A stretch of 64,000 nucleotides of DNA, from contig OX597814.1 in the NCBI GenBank assembly GCA_951406725.2, forward strand, positions 81,282,001-81,346,000. Reading direction: 5' to 3'. Source of the stretch: Octopus vulgaris (taxonomy: Eukaryota). The translations under genes were made by a program, and so were the position numbers. The notes beneath the pieces were generated by a model. That model was not told the DNA's origin and did no database searches. It saw only the letters and a list, made by a program, of their open reading frames with translations. Positions 12,246 to 26,721 of the stretch are shown in pieces (position 1 is the stretch's first letter; the number at the start of each line of letters is the position of its first letter).

Positions 12246-13309
12246 TTGGTATTACAAAGGGCATCCTGCCATGAAAACCAAGGAACTTCTTAATCACATA
12301 GTTGTATGAGTACCCATTTATTTATTTATTTATTTTGTAAAGCAAAGAAGGAAGAGGAAGAGGGTTAGTACCAAAGATGTTTGCCTGTCTTTCAAGACTG
12401 CTGAGAGTGATGTAACTGTTGCTCAACAAGAATATCTGTAGATTGGTGAATGTTAAATAAAACAGGCTGGTGGAATTCCAGTGTGTTAATATGATTAATG
12501 CTCATCATCATCAATTAAAAAGACATGGTCAGTGAAAGAATTCTGACAGTTTCTGTCAAATTCACTCACAAGACATTGGTCAGCCCAAGGTACTTTGCAG
12601 TAGAGCTGAACCCAAAATCGCATGGTTGCAAAGTAAACTTCTTAAACACACAGTCATGCATGCACCTGAAATGTATGTGTGTGTGTGTGCACCTTACATC
12701 CTCCATTTTTTTTCCCCATGATGATATGAGTTGAGGGGTTGGAGGTTGAACAAGACTATTTGAGGCCCTTTCTGATGCTAACCCTCTTAGTCACCTCTTG
12801 ATATACAGGGGTAAGAATACAGCTATTAGAAAAACCATGAAAAACGCAGTAGTATAATATATATATGTTTGTCTGTGTGTCTATGTGTCTGTGTGAGAGA
12901 GAGAGAGAGAGAGAGAGACACACACACACAAATAATTTGTACATTGAAACAGGTTATGCTCAATATTATGAGGTAAATGTAATGTACTGTATTATATAAA
13001 CAATATGATATTTAAATGACATCTGAGAGCATAACATGTAAGAAAGAGCATCGCCAAAAATGTGGAATAGATAGAAACAGTATAAACATACTTGGGTTAA
13101 CAATTACACTTCAAGCAAGACGTGGCTTGGAATGCTGAAATCTACTGATATCTATTTCTCCTGAACTTGAAGCAAAGAAACAGAAATGCTTTACCCAATC
13201 AAGGCAAATATGCAGCTATGATATTCAAAATTCATGACTAAAGAGCTTGGAGACTGCTATTATATGTTTTTAGCTAGTCAAGTGACACTTCTCCATTTTA
13301 GTAGCATTC

Positions 13310-13685
13310 TGGTGCCATATAAAATGCACTCGTGCCAATGCCATGTAAGATGCGCTCATGTCAGTTCCCTGAAGGGTGCATTCACGCTGGTGCCACATAA
13401 AGTGCACTTGTGCCAGTGTCACATAAAATGCATTAGAGTTACTGCCACATAAACTCTTGCGCTAGTGCCATGTAAAATGCATGTGTGCCAGTTCCACATG
13501 GTAAGGACTCATGCTGATAGCACCTAAAGGGCATCCAACCATAAAAACCATGCCAAAAACAAACAACCAGAGCCTGGAACAGCTTCTGAACAGCTTCTCT
13601 GGCTGGCTAGCTCCTGTCAAACTATCCAACCCATGCCAGCATGGAAAGTTAACTTTAAATGATGATGATGATGATGATGATGATG
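13310..13685 (+). mobile_element. RTE 3' end preceded by a minisatellite of about 26 bp
   Basis: Tandem gtgcca(c/t)(a/g)taaaatgcac units, then ccatgccagcatggaaag...ttaaat(gat)n. Confidence 0.75.
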
Positions 13686-15994
13686 GACATTTATGCAATG
13701 TAAGACTAAAAATACTTTTAGCTTCTAAACATTTTTCTTTTTGTTTTGTCTTTTGACATTGATGACTTTGTCCAAGGAGGAGGGTAGTGTCCATGATAGT
13801 CTCTCAAAATGATAAGTTAATTACAAATCAGAGATTTGGCATGAATGCTTGTAACAGAGTAAGCTCAGCTATTTGCACTCCATGAGCCAAGTAGTGTCTG
13901 TGTATCTGGTATGACATTGTATTCTTGAGCAGGGCACTTAATTTTGTTTCAGCTAAAGTGAAAAATTGTGACAGCTTATTTTCATTTTTATATCTACATT
14001 TTTTCAGGCTGGTATGCATTGGATAAGACTTCTCAATCCAATATTCTCTGGTTAGTTGCACTTTCTAATGTCAACCCAACTTGTTGCTAAGAATACTTTA
14101 TTCCAGTGGTTTTCATAAATCAAACCACTGAGCTGTGGGAAATATTCTTTATGCAGGACATAAACAAACATCACCACTACTCAAGTAGTGTCAATGCAGA
14201 CATGTATAGTTAAACATGCACATATACCCATACAGCAAACTTTTGTACAGTTCCTATATATAAAATTTCACTTGAAAAGTGTAGGTCAACCCAAGGTTAT
14301 AGTAGAAAATACTTATCCAAGACACCACACTATAGAATTGAACACAAAACTACATGGTTACAAAGTAAACTTTTTAACCACACAGCCATACTTATCCCCT
14401 ACCTGTGTTGTGATTTGAAGAGAAAATATATTTTTCCATATAGCTATCACTTACCAAGTGTTCAAACAGAATCTCAACTATATCATTGTAACCAGTTTTG
14501 AAGTGTGTTGGCTGTGAACACAACACTATGCAAGCTTCAGCATATGAGCCTGCTGCCCTATGGTTACATGTTCAATATCGTAACCTATTCATTCAGTAGT
14601 AGCCTTTAATCTCAAAATAAGAAATACATGTTTTAAGTCCCAAATAATTAAGACACAATGCATTTCAATATACACAGGTTACCCTTTGCTCAAAATTCAG
14701 GTCAAAACTGAAGTCTAGCACAAACCACTGAACTAGACATTTTATAACTGCATAGTTCAGTGTGTTGGGTCAGCTGGCTTCCTCTATAGGCATAAGAACT
14801 GACCAAGGTTAATCAATGACAACAACAGTGAAAACTAAGTAATAAGTATTCTTATAATGCCATAAAACTTCACTGTTGGGTAAATAGTTATTTACCCAAA
14901 ATCCCAAAATTTAGTCGGTGCTTATTTTCTTAATCTTAGAAACAGATCAGGGTTTACAACATAAAGAGCATCTGGCGGGAGAAAATTTTCCATGCTTGTA
15001 TGCGTCATACTTTTTGTCTGAACCATACAAGAATGGAAACTTAACATTACAACAAATAGGAATTGATAAAATAAATGAAAAAACTGAAATAAATGCTGGA
15101 GTTGATGTGATCAGTTAAAACTCTTGAAGGCACTGCTCCAGCATGGCCACAGTCCAACAAATTAAAAGAACGAAAGGAACAGGCATAAAGTGGTCAAAAA
15201 TAATTTTTAAAAAACTGAAAATGAAAAAGGGGAAAATATGAATTTGTTCATTAACTTCTATTCTTTAGACATTTCTGTGTGTGTGTGTGTGTGTGTATGT
15301 GTGTGTGTGTGTGCGTGCGTGTGTGCGTGTGTGTGTGCATGCGTGCGTGTGTGTACATGCGTATTTTCACTTTTAATGCCTCCCCACTTCTGAACATTAA
15401 TGAATAGGGTTAATGCTATTCTGCAACTTCTCATCACATTTGGATTTGTTGTTGTTTTTGCAGGGAGAGGTATGTTTTCATTTGTTTTTAAGTTGCTTTT
15501 TTTTTTACATTTAACATGCTTTTCCTTATAGACTACTCTTTCACATAATTTTACAATTATCATTTCTATACCAGAGAGAGAAAGAGAGATATAAGGAGAA
15601 AATGTGTGTTGAAGAGAGATTGTGGGGGGTGGAGAGAGAGGTGGAGACAGATTGTGGGGCTTTTTTTGACTCCTTTTGTTGTAATTTTTAGTGTGTGTCT
15701 TTTTTATTATCTTTTTTAAGCTGTTATACCATTTATTTACTTATTTTATTATATTTCATTAAAGACTTCAAATTAATTGCGTTATTTGTTTACAGATCTA
15801 GTTAGATGAACTGATGAGAAAGTAATATTCATCTTTGAGGTGTATGTATAGCTGAGTGGTTAAGAAAGTTGCTTTGTAACCCCCACCAATCTAAATTCTA
15901 TCCTACTACATGGACCTTTAAGCAAGCATTATCTATTACAACCAAAACTTTGTTGCTTTGGGAGTAGAATTTGGTAGACAGAAACTGTGTGAAT

Positions 15995-16230
15995 ATGGCG
16001 GTGAGCTGGCAGAAACATTAGCATGCCAGTCGAAATGCTTAGCGGTATTTCGTCTGCTGTTACATTCTATGTTCAAATTCCACCGAGGTCGACTTTGCCT
16101 TTCATCCTTTTGGGGTCAATAAATTAAGTACCAGTTATGCACTAGGATCGATGTAATCGACTTAATCCCTTTGTCTGTCTCCATTTGTCCCCTCTATGTT
16201 TAGCCCCTTGTGGGCAGTAAAGAAATAAGA
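15995..16230 (+). mobile_element. tRNA-derived SINE family B, full length
   Basis: ggcggtgagctggcagaaac...gttcaaattcc...gtcgactttgcctttcatccttttggggtcaataaattaagtaccag. About a dozen copies in the window. Confidence 0.8.
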
Positions 16231-16444
16231 AACTGCATGAATACTTGACAGGTGTCTTCTTTTCTTTTTCTAACTTACCCATCAAGAGACATGGGTCATA
16301 AAAGATATACAGACATCAAAAAATTTATGTTACCAAATATAAATAGGCACAAGTGTAGCTGTGTGGTAAGAAGTTTGCTTCACAACCACATGGTTTCAGG
16401 TTCAGTCCCACTGCATGGTACCTTGAGCAAGTCTCTTCAACTAT

Positions 16445-17220
16445 CATTATCATAACATCATCATTTAACGTCCATTGTCCATGCTGGCATGGGTTGGACA
16501 GTTTGACCAGGGATGGCAAGCTGAGGGGCTACAGCAGATTCCAGTCTGATTTGGCATGGTCTTCTATGGCAGGATGCCCTTCCTAACACCAACCACTCTG
16601 AGAATGTAATGGGTTCTTTTATGAGCCACCAGCATAGGTGCCAGTTGCATGACATATACATACATAAATATACATCATCCTCATCATCATTTAACATCTA
16701 TTTTCCATGTTAGCATGGGTTGGATGGCTTGACAGGAACTGGCAAGGACAGGAGCTACACCAGATTCTATAGTCTGTTTTGGCATAGTTTCTACAGCTGG
16801 ATGCTTTTCCTAACACCAACCACTTTACTGAGAGCTTTTTACATGGCACCAGCACCAATGCTTTTTACGTGGTACCTTGGTTTTAAGATATCAATTCTGT
16901 TGTGGTGAGCAGACCTTCTTGAGCACAGCAATACACTACATATCTCGGTCCCCTGTCATCTCCTTCATAAGGCTCAGCAGTCTGAGATCAGCCTTCATGT
17001 TGTTTTGAGTCTCCCTCTTTCACAACTTCCCTCCACTTTAAGCAATCAATACTTGTTTACACAACTGTCCTCATTCATCCATATCATGTGACCAAACCAG
17101 CGCAGTCTCCTCTCTTATACACTGCATATAATTCCTCTTATGCTTAACTTTTCTCTCAATACACTAGTACTCTGTTGCACATGTATACTGATATTGTACA
17201 AATAGCAGAGCATACCAGCT
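16445..17220 (-). mobile_element. Two tandem 5'-truncated RTE LINE 3' ends
   Basis: Two (cat)n-tttaac starts near 16455 and 16680. The second continues into decayed coding sequence homologous to 34950-35200. Confidence 0.75.
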
Positions 17221-17384
17221 ACTTGTATGTATGTGAGTATTTATCTTTGTGTTTGTCTTTGTCCCACACCACCACTCAGTAACCAGCGTAGGTTTGTTTA
17301 CTTAGCTGTAACTTAGCAGTTGGACCAAAATAAACTGATAGAATGAGTGCCAGACTTTTAAAAATAAGTACTGGTGATGGTTTA

Positions 17385-17599
17385 TCTTTTACCTTTTACT
17401 TATTTCAGTCATTAGACTGCAGCCATGCTGGGGCACAGCCTTGAAGAATGAATCAAAGCCAGTACTTATTTTTCCTCTTTTATAAGCCTAGTACTTATTC
17501 TGTTGATGGCATTTGCTGAGCCACTAATTTACAGGGATATAAACACATCAACATCAGTTTTCAAGCAGTGATGGGAGACAAAGACAGACAGACCGACAG

Positions 17600-17636
<37 letters not shown>

Positions 17637-17802
17637 TTTATATATATATATATATATATGACAGGCATCTTTCAGTTTCCATGTACCAAATACACCCAGA
17701 AAGCTTTGGTCAGCCTGAAGCTATAGTAGAAGACACCTGCCCAAGGTGCCATGCAGCAGGACTGAAACCAGAACCATGTGGTTGGGAAGCAAGCTTCTTA
17801 CT
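17385..17802 (-). mobile_element. SINE family A
   Basis: Reverse complement of the family A sequence with an internal CA/TA tract. Confidence 0.85.
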
Positions 17803-18342
17803 AAAACACTCAAGATAGAGCTCCAATATGGTTGCAGTCTATTGACTGAAACAGACAAAAAAAGTCAAAGATTAATAAAAGATGTGGAAAACATCATACA
17901 TGCACACTCACACATACATACATACATACATATCCTGAACTAAGGGTATTTTTGAGCATAAATCTATGAAAAACATGAAAATGAATTACAGGATAAAAAT
18001 GTATAATGAGAATAAAATTAATTTTGAAATATTTTGGTCAAAACTTTTCTGCACTAAATTTGCAAAATCTAATTATTCCATTGTTCTTTTTAGTGCATTA
18101 AATTTTAGTTACTAATAGATAAAAATTAAAACTGGCTTTATGCATGATTTTTCTTCCATGAAATTAGAATTTTATGTTTTCCTAAAATAGCAAAAAAAAT
18201 AATAAATTAAATAAGTTCTGCATTGTTCTCTATGCTTGTAAGTTACTAATAGATGGGGAAAATGCTTCAGAATGAGAATTTACCTGTCTAGTGCACAGAT
18301 TAACTCAGACACATAATTTTACCTTCATTTATTATGTATACA

Positions 18343-18761
18343 TAGGTGCAGGTGTGGCTGTGTGGTAAGAAACTTGCTTCCCAACCACATGTTTTGGGGT
18401 TAAGTTCCACTGTGTGACATCTTGGTCAAGTGTCTTCCGCTATCACCCTGGGCCAACCAAAGTCTTGTGAATGGATTTGGTAGATGGAAACTGAAAGAAG
18501 CCCCTCATATATCTATGTATGTGGGATCACCACTACTTTATCTCTTCTTCTTCCTAGCTTTCTTGTGTGACCCCTCTGTCCGGCATTCACTATGATAGAT
18601 CACTAGCCACTACACATTCTTTATTTTCTTTCCGTTTCTTTCTGTGTTCCTTTCTATAGAAGAGCATAGGCTTGAAATGTTAAAGACTTTTTCACTTCCT
18701 GAGCATTACACTAATACATCTGTTTGTTGTCTACACCACTTGTTTTTGTCTTTTATATATA

Positions 18762-18815
<54 letters not shown>

Positions 18816-19025
18816 TGTGCATGTATGTTTCTGTCCTCCCACCCTGCTTGACAACTGGTGATGGTGTGTTTACACCTCTATAACTTGACAGTTTGACAAA
18901 AGAGTCTGATAGAATAAATACCAGGCTGTATGCACTGGAGTCGATATATTTGACTAAAAGTTCTTCAAGGCCATGCCTCAACATGGCCACAGTCTAATGA
19001 CTGAAGCAAGTAAAAGATAAAAGAG
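18343..19025 (+). mobile_element. SINE family A interrupted by an insertion of about 230 bp
   Basis: 5' half at 18343-18520 and 3' half at about 18810-19025. Confidence 0.8.
18525..18752 (+). mobile_element. Penelope pLTR-like fragment with degenerate hammerhead, nested in a SINE
   Basis: ctttctataGAAGAgcataggcttGAAAtgTTAaagac at 18650-18687. Homologous pieces lie at 6510-6620 and about 37880-37945. Confidence 0.5.
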
Positions 19026-19030
19026 ACAGA

Positions 19031-19105
<75 letters not shown>

Positions 19106-20723
19106 ACACACACACACTCATACTCAGACAGGGCATGTTGGAGAATGCTGAATCAAGAAATGTGGTGTAGATATTCACCAAGTAGTACTCACATAAATGA
19201 AATCTTAAATTCCAACTCCTTCATATAGGGTAGGTGGCTCCAGTGTAGGAAGTCAGCTATGATAAACATAATTATGGCACCTGTCAGGGTTCATATGAAA
19301 CACCTGTAAAGATAAGACTTCCTTTTTGTTTATTTTATTCCACGTAAAGACTTTTGTTTCATCTCCCCCTGTTCATCAGCCTTATTTTTTTTTACTTTCA
19401 CTTCAACTATACAGTTCATATGACTTACAATATGAGTTACTGTGTTCTGAGAGATCCAGGATGACATGACTAATTTTGATTACTGGAACAGCCTTAACTC
19501 TTTAGTATTTAAACCAGCTATATCCAGCTATAGCGGACTACCCAGTTTTTCTTATATAGTATAGTGAATATTTTCTGGTTAGTTTGTTTACTGTTAATGT
19601 AACGCTACTTTATTATGTTTCCTATTTGGAAATAGATAAATATATTTAGCTTTTTAAGTAGGGATATATAATGATAAAATCGTCACTTATAACTTACTTA
19701 TAAGTATTATCATTATACGTAAATCCTGACTCCAGCTACAAAAACGCCATAGCGAGAATTATACTTTCTGGAACGCTAATGGACATTAATCGTGCATGTA
19801 TGTTAAATATTAATAACTTCGTGTTCTTTTTACTGCTATAAAAAAATAGTTTCATAATTACAGAAACACATTCATTAATAAGTTGAAGAATGTGAAGAAA
19901 GAGAAAATAATTTCTACATAATTTTATTATATACATATAGCATTTTTTATATTTACATACATTTTGAAGAAAAGTAAATTTGTCGTAGAGAATTACGACT
20001 TAATATTTTAGCTAACTAATTCCTCAGTCTAGCTATATTAAATCTCAGCAATTCAAACAAGTCTTGTTGGAGTTTTCATGGACATGGTATAAAGAATAAC
20101 CAATGTCTCAAAGGAGTGAGTGTCGAGGAGTTTAGTTACATCCCACAAACACTAAAGTTTTTCCCAAAATCTAGAGTTTTTAGAACTGCTCAACTTGACT
20201 TTAAAGAATCGAAATCACATAAAAATATTCTTTAACTAACCTTTAGAATTCCTATATGAGCAGTTATATTAACCAATGGAAAAACAACAATCATATTTCT
20301 TCAGCAATACATTACATCATTTTGCCAGCTACCACAAATTGGTGCTACTATTTGAAAATGGCTACACGCTACACAGCCAAAATATTCTACCTGTTTTATG
20401 TTCAAACAGGCCAAATCCAGCCTTTCACACCTGACATACAATGTTATTCGAAAAATAAACAATCACATCACTGAAATCGCTAAGCTACAAGATAATGCAT
20501 GATTAATTCCATACAATGTACCATATCATCGCCCATCACCACTAGCATTGTACAAATGTAAACATCAAGTTTTCACTTCTTTCAAGACCAGCTGTATAAG
20601 TTGTAGGCTTTAAAAGAAAAAATAAATTCTAGCATCAATTAGTTTGACTGAACTCTTCAAGGCCACAGTCCAATGACTGAAATAAGAAAAAGAAAAGATA
20701 AAGGAAAAAGACTCTGTGTGTGT

Positions 20724-20758
<35 letters not shown>

Positions 20759-20897
20759 CGCGTGTGTGTGTGCGTGTGTGTGCGTATGCATGCGTGTGCA
20801 TGTGTGCCTACATATCTATGTATATAAGTGTATGTGCATGGCCACAGGATAAGGACTGAAACATGTAAAAGAATTAAAAAGAGAATGTGTGTGTATG

Positions 20898-20939
<42 letters not shown>

Positions 20940-20940
<1 letters not shown>

Positions 20941-21351
20941 TCTTTTACTTGTTTCAGTCAGTTTACTGTAGCCATGCTGGAGCACCACCTTTAGTCAAAC
21001 AAACTGACCCCAGAACTTATTCTTTGTAAGCCTAGTACTTATTCTAGTGGTCTCTTTTGCTGAACTGCTAAGTTATGGGGATGTAAACACACCAACATTG
21101 GTTGTCAAGCGATGGTGGAGAAACAAACACAGACACATAAACATATATATATATACACATACATACATACATACATACATACTTTATACATACACGCATA
21201 CATACATACAACAGGCTCCTTTCAGTTTCTGTCTAACAAATCCACTCACAAGGCTTTGATTGACCTGAGGCTATAATAGAAGACTCTGGCCCAAGGTGCC
21301 ATGCAGTGGGACTGAACCTGGAACCATGTGGTTAGTAAGCAAGCTTCTTAC

Positions 21352-21352
<1 letters not shown>
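20940..21352 (-). mobile_element. SINE family A
   Basis: Reverse complement of family A. Confidence 0.85.
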
Positions 21353-21396
<44 letters not shown>

Positions 21397-22005
21397 ACGT
21401 ATATGCTCACTGTTGCAAGACACATCCATATTCAACAAGACATATCATAATTAGTCTAAGAACATTATTTTTCACACTGTTTAAAAAATGTTCACATGAA
21501 TTAAGGCCATGATTTCTTGATATAAAGGAAATATGTTTGATCTGAAATTGTTGTAAGTCTTCGACTACAAAACATTCTCTTTTGAAAACCTTATCTCCGC
21601 AATCAGGCAACATAGAAAAGATGCAATCCTACTGTGACTAACTGTATAGCGTTATCAGTGAGAATGGGTTACATATAAAACTTTCCAAAACAGATGTACC
21701 AAGAATCAGATATTATATAATTGATCTGCATGAAAATATCTTTTGAGAAAAAAAAAATGCCCTACTTTTCTTGAATCAATGTCCTGAGAGCATACATATT
21801 CAGTAACAAGGAACATATGTACTCTACATGATACATCATTATTAGTCTTAGTGAGGCATTGTTTACCAAAATCTTCAGCAAATATTATGATAGATTAAGA
21901 GTTTATTTGAGGCTATGACATTAAGTCTATATGGTGAAAGAAAAAAGAGCAAGAATCAATTTGATATACAATATAAAGGAAATATGCATGATCTGATCAT
22001 GTAGT

Positions 22006-22131
<126 letters not shown>

Positions 22132-24101
22132 ATACATGTCTTTATAATTATTTAAGAGACTGTTTTCTGCTGTTCCAACCAACAGATCTTATCAAAAGAT
22201 AAGGTCAAAGCTATTGAAATATAATCACTTAAATTATAAACAATATAACAACTCTAGAGCAACATTTTGTGTTGAGTACTAACTTGAAAGAAGTCTGCTA
22301 TATTTTTCTGCTATCAACAAAAAATATTGACTGTCAATGATCGATTGTATCAACCAACAGATTCCGTTAATTACGAAATGTCATAACCCCACTGTCCGAT
22401 CAGCTATATTTAATTATTTGTCAAAATAATACTAAAACCATATATAAGCCATTGCACTGTTCCAAAAGTTCACTTTTGTCTGCTGATCAATTACATGAAA
22501 CTCAGAGTAACAGCTTGTAAAGTTTTCCAGCTTTGATAAAGCACTACATTTTACTCTACTTCTGGTGTTCAAGTACTATTCTCTCCACTTTCTTTTTCAC
22601 TTATGCACTCACATGTGTCTATATATATATATTTGATGGGGGGGGGGATATATGTTCACACACACTCATATATGTGGGAGTGGGTTTGTACATACATGCA
22701 CATATATATATATATATATATATATACTCACACACACAAAGACACACATAGATACAAAAATAATATATAATAATATATAGATAGACGGTTAGATAGATGT
22801 ATGCACATTGATAACTGATATGCTTCCTTCATGTAATAGGTTTATGTTGGCAGCCAGTGGAGATAGGTCCAGGAAAATATTGATTTCATTCATAAATGCT
22901 GCTAAAAAGGATAAAAGCAGTTCACTGATTAATTACACAATTTTCATTGATCAATTATTGATGCTCAGTTCAACATTATAAGCTGTGCTCATTTAATTGC
23001 TTCTGCCTCTCATGCTGTAGTAGTGGTGGTGGTGGTGGTTTTCTTTTCTTTTTCATTTTTCTTCGTTGCTGCATTCATTTGAGACATCAACGTGTCATCA
23101 CTTTTGTAAGCCTGTAAATTGAGGAATAATTTAGCTGCTATTCTAGCAGGATGAGTTACCATGTAAGATTTCTCTCCTTTTTGTTGGGAGAGGTAGCATT
23201 GTGTGTTTATAGTATTGATTGATTGTTGCATATTATTGATTTGTGCCAGATAATCTCTGATTGAACAAAACTAAACCAAATCACACCCTCCCACCTTGAA
23301 AATGGAAGGAAGTGAATATTTGACAATGAAGTCACAGACATCTATATTAATAAATGTAAAATTCTGTCTCAGTCTGTATTTGCTCTACATAGACATATTA
23401 TACCTTTTTGGAATCAGGATGATCCTGGAATTGAAAATTTGCTCTTCATTTGGTTCTTGAACATCCAGCATTGGGATCAGATCTGGTGGAGGATGTTATA
23501 CACCAACAGCTGAAAATTCAAATTTTGAAAGAACTCCAAAAATTTGTGAACTTACAAGTTTTTCTTTTAAACTGAATTTAATGTAAATTCATATAGGTAG
23601 GGTAATACCATATTGGTAGGGTACTAATAAATGCTTTATTATTATTGCTCTCTTTAGTTTTGGGTTGCAGGCCCAATTAGCCCTCCACAGGAACTAGCTT
23701 TTAAGCAAGTACCAAGTAATGATACTTGTGACTGGAACCTTTGATCATAGATCTACATGATCTTGATCAGGACTGACCTTTGGTTAAGCAATAATAGCTA
23801 CACTTTTCTTTCTCTTTTACGTTTTGACTATAAGAAAATGTTTGATCTGTTTCTGAGTGCCACTTGACCAGTTAGAAATCAAAGCCAAAGTCTCCCTGCA
23901 GCTTTGAGAAAGAAAAATGCATAGTGGATACTGATGTGCCACAACCTCTAAGATGACAGGACAGTTTTTTTGCAATGTTGTTGGTTCTTGATGTACTCAA
24001 TCGGGATTGGTGGAGGTGTGTTATACATCTTGTATAGTTGTCTAATAGTGATAATGAGGTTACTGTAATTTTGTTGTTGATATAGAGTTAATATTATTGA
24101 T

Positions 24102-24520
24102 CTTTTATCTTTTTTGTTTTAGTCATTAGACTGTAGCCATGCTGGGGCACCACCTTAAAGGGTTTTAGCTGAACAATTTGACTCCAGGAGTTATTTCTTT
24201 TTAAGCCTAGTTATTACTCTATCAGTCTCTTGATGAACTGCTAAGTTACAGTGATGTAAACACACCAACACCAGTTGTTAAACGGTGGTAGGAGACAAGC
24301 ACAGACACAAAGACACACACACACACACACATGTATATATATATATATATAATACATATATACAATGGGCTTCTTTTAGTTTCCATCTATGAAATCTACT
24401 CACAAGGTTGTGGTTGGCCCAAGGCTATAGTAGAAGACACTTGCCCAAGGGGACCACACAGTGGGACTGAACCCACAACTATGTGGTTAGGAAGCAAGTG
24501 TCTTACCACACAGCCATACC
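24102..24520 (-). mobile_element. SINE family A
   Basis: Reverse complement of family A; nearly identical to 27703-28058. Confidence 0.85.
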
Positions 24521-24540
24521 TGAAATGTATTCAAGAAATA

Positions 24541-24600
<60 letters not shown>

Positions 24601-25237
24601 CCTCTCCACTCTCACACACACTTCTCTACTGCATTTCTGCCTTGTTGCATTTAACTCTTTCTCTGTCTCTATTGCTTATCCACTCAGTCCCTCTATCTCT
24701 ATCTCTATGCTTTACATAAATTGCTTATCAAGCAAGACTAGACAATTGTCTATTAGCTGGGTATCAGATAAGGTATCTTCTCTTCAATATATCTGACACT
24801 TGTTGCCATATTTAATTAGCTATTAAAAACATTCTTACTTCAAAGCTAAAATTAGTTCATTATCAGAATGTTATCATTATTACTTGTGTTATGAACTTCA
24901 CCAAAGTTATTGATAACCATATCACAGCAGATGAACTGTGGGAGAGCAATGTATGTATGTGTACACACATACACACACACCTACAAACATAGTTAACTAA
25001 GAATCCATAAGTCAGGTAAAATATGCACTTGTATATTTGTCGAAAGAGTGGGGATATTGATCAAAATATCAGCATTATAGATCCATTACAGCCAATCTTA
25101 CCAGTCTGTTTCACACTGGATATTAGATAATTAGATTATCTAATAACTTTTAATAATCATCAGAGATGGTCAGTACAGAGAAAATGGTGACTGCTCTCAA
25201 TAACTGGAGGTGAAGAAGTGTCACACCTGGTTTGTAC

Positions 25238-25848
25238 ATGCTGTGAAAAATAGAAACAAAATCACAGGAGGCAATCAAGGGAGGGATCCATCAAGAGTTA
25301 TGACCCTTCCACAAAAAAAAACTTTAGTGAGTTAAGAAGCCAGCGAAAATGTGTATGAGGTGTATTTTGGAGGGATTGATATGTGTGTTGTGGTGTTTTT
25401 ACAGGAGGGATAGGGTGGGTGCCTACCTTAACTGCAAAAACAAGATTTTCCACTCATGCCCACATGAAAGAAAGTATATAATCACTAACCTTCAGGTTCC
25501 ACCATATTTATAAATGTTAGGACCACCTTCACTGGTCCTTCCATCTTTACAAACTGAGAGTCTTGCAAAGTTTTGACCACACCAAACCACATGCACAGAG
25601 ACACATATACACAAATGTAACCACGCATGAAGTTATTGGTTTGGGCACCCACCCAATCTTCACTCCAAAAACCCCACCTACACACATATCAGCTCCTTCA
25701 AAAATCACCTCTACACACATGTCAAACACACCCAACTTTTGCTGACCTCACAAATCACTCAAGGTTTTTTTTGCGTAAGGGTTATAACTTGTGATGTGTC
25801 CCTTTCTTGATTGCCTCCCACGACTGTGTTTCTTCTATTTTACAGCAT
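25238..25848. mobile_element. Non-autonomous DNA element with long decayed inverted repeats (about 170-190 bp)
   Basis: atgctgtgaaaaatagaa...ggaggcaatcaag...gttatgaccctt mirrors aagggttataac...cttgattgcctcc...ttctattttacagcat. Confidence 0.7.
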
Positions 25849-26687
25849 TTCAATACATTTTTTATGTTTTTATTTTATGAATAAACCTTCTCTTCAAAAT
25901 AATATTTGTTCTGTTTAATGTCTTATTAAAATCAGAGTGGCAAGAGTTGTCTATAAATATAAGCATAGATTTCACAATTTTTGGAAAATCAAATAATGGG
26001 TTCTGAAACAAAATAAGTTTGAGTGCTACTGCACTAAGCCACTCACAATGTACATATCCAAGAATAAGATATCTGAAAATTATCAGAGTCAAACCAATCA
26101 GAATATAGCATAGATATAAGTATTGGATATATATACTCTAAAGATGAGGTTAATAGTCTGTAAAATTATGATAATATTGACAAGTCATAACAGAGATTAT
26201 TTAGATATTTTATTTGTGTGTGTGTGTGTATTACTTGATATAGTGTTTGGGGGGAATAAGCAGAGCACAAACAATGAGAAACTGAGAGATGAAGGTGAAG
26301 TAAGTGCAGTCAGTAAATTTTTGAGAACAAACTCTGTTTGTTATAGTAATGCTGAGAGAGATAGGGAGGGGAGAGAGCAAGAGAGAAAGGATATCGGTTA
26401 GCAAGGAAATTGAAGATTTTCTATAAAGGAAGTTTCAGAAATGAGGCAGATGGCTGTCTTCTGAATGTGATTTAGAATTCGATAGTGGTGTAACTTTAGA
26501 AAACCATTAACTCTGTTGGTAACAAAGTGCTTCTTTCCCCAGTATAAATGGATACATACTACATCAGGTGTCTGCAAGAAGTGTCATTCTGTATAACAGG
26601 GTAACTTCAGTAATGAATGCAGAAGGTTTGCCACAGCTGTAAGACATTCAAGTTGAGTATGCATCTCTCAGGTTCCCTCCCCCTAGT

Positions 26688-26721
<34 letters not shown>

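Noticed and set aside
13305-13525. CRISPR-like periodicity
   Set aside because: No constant repeat with unique spacers, no cas genes, eukaryotic context; explained as a LINE-derived minisatellite.
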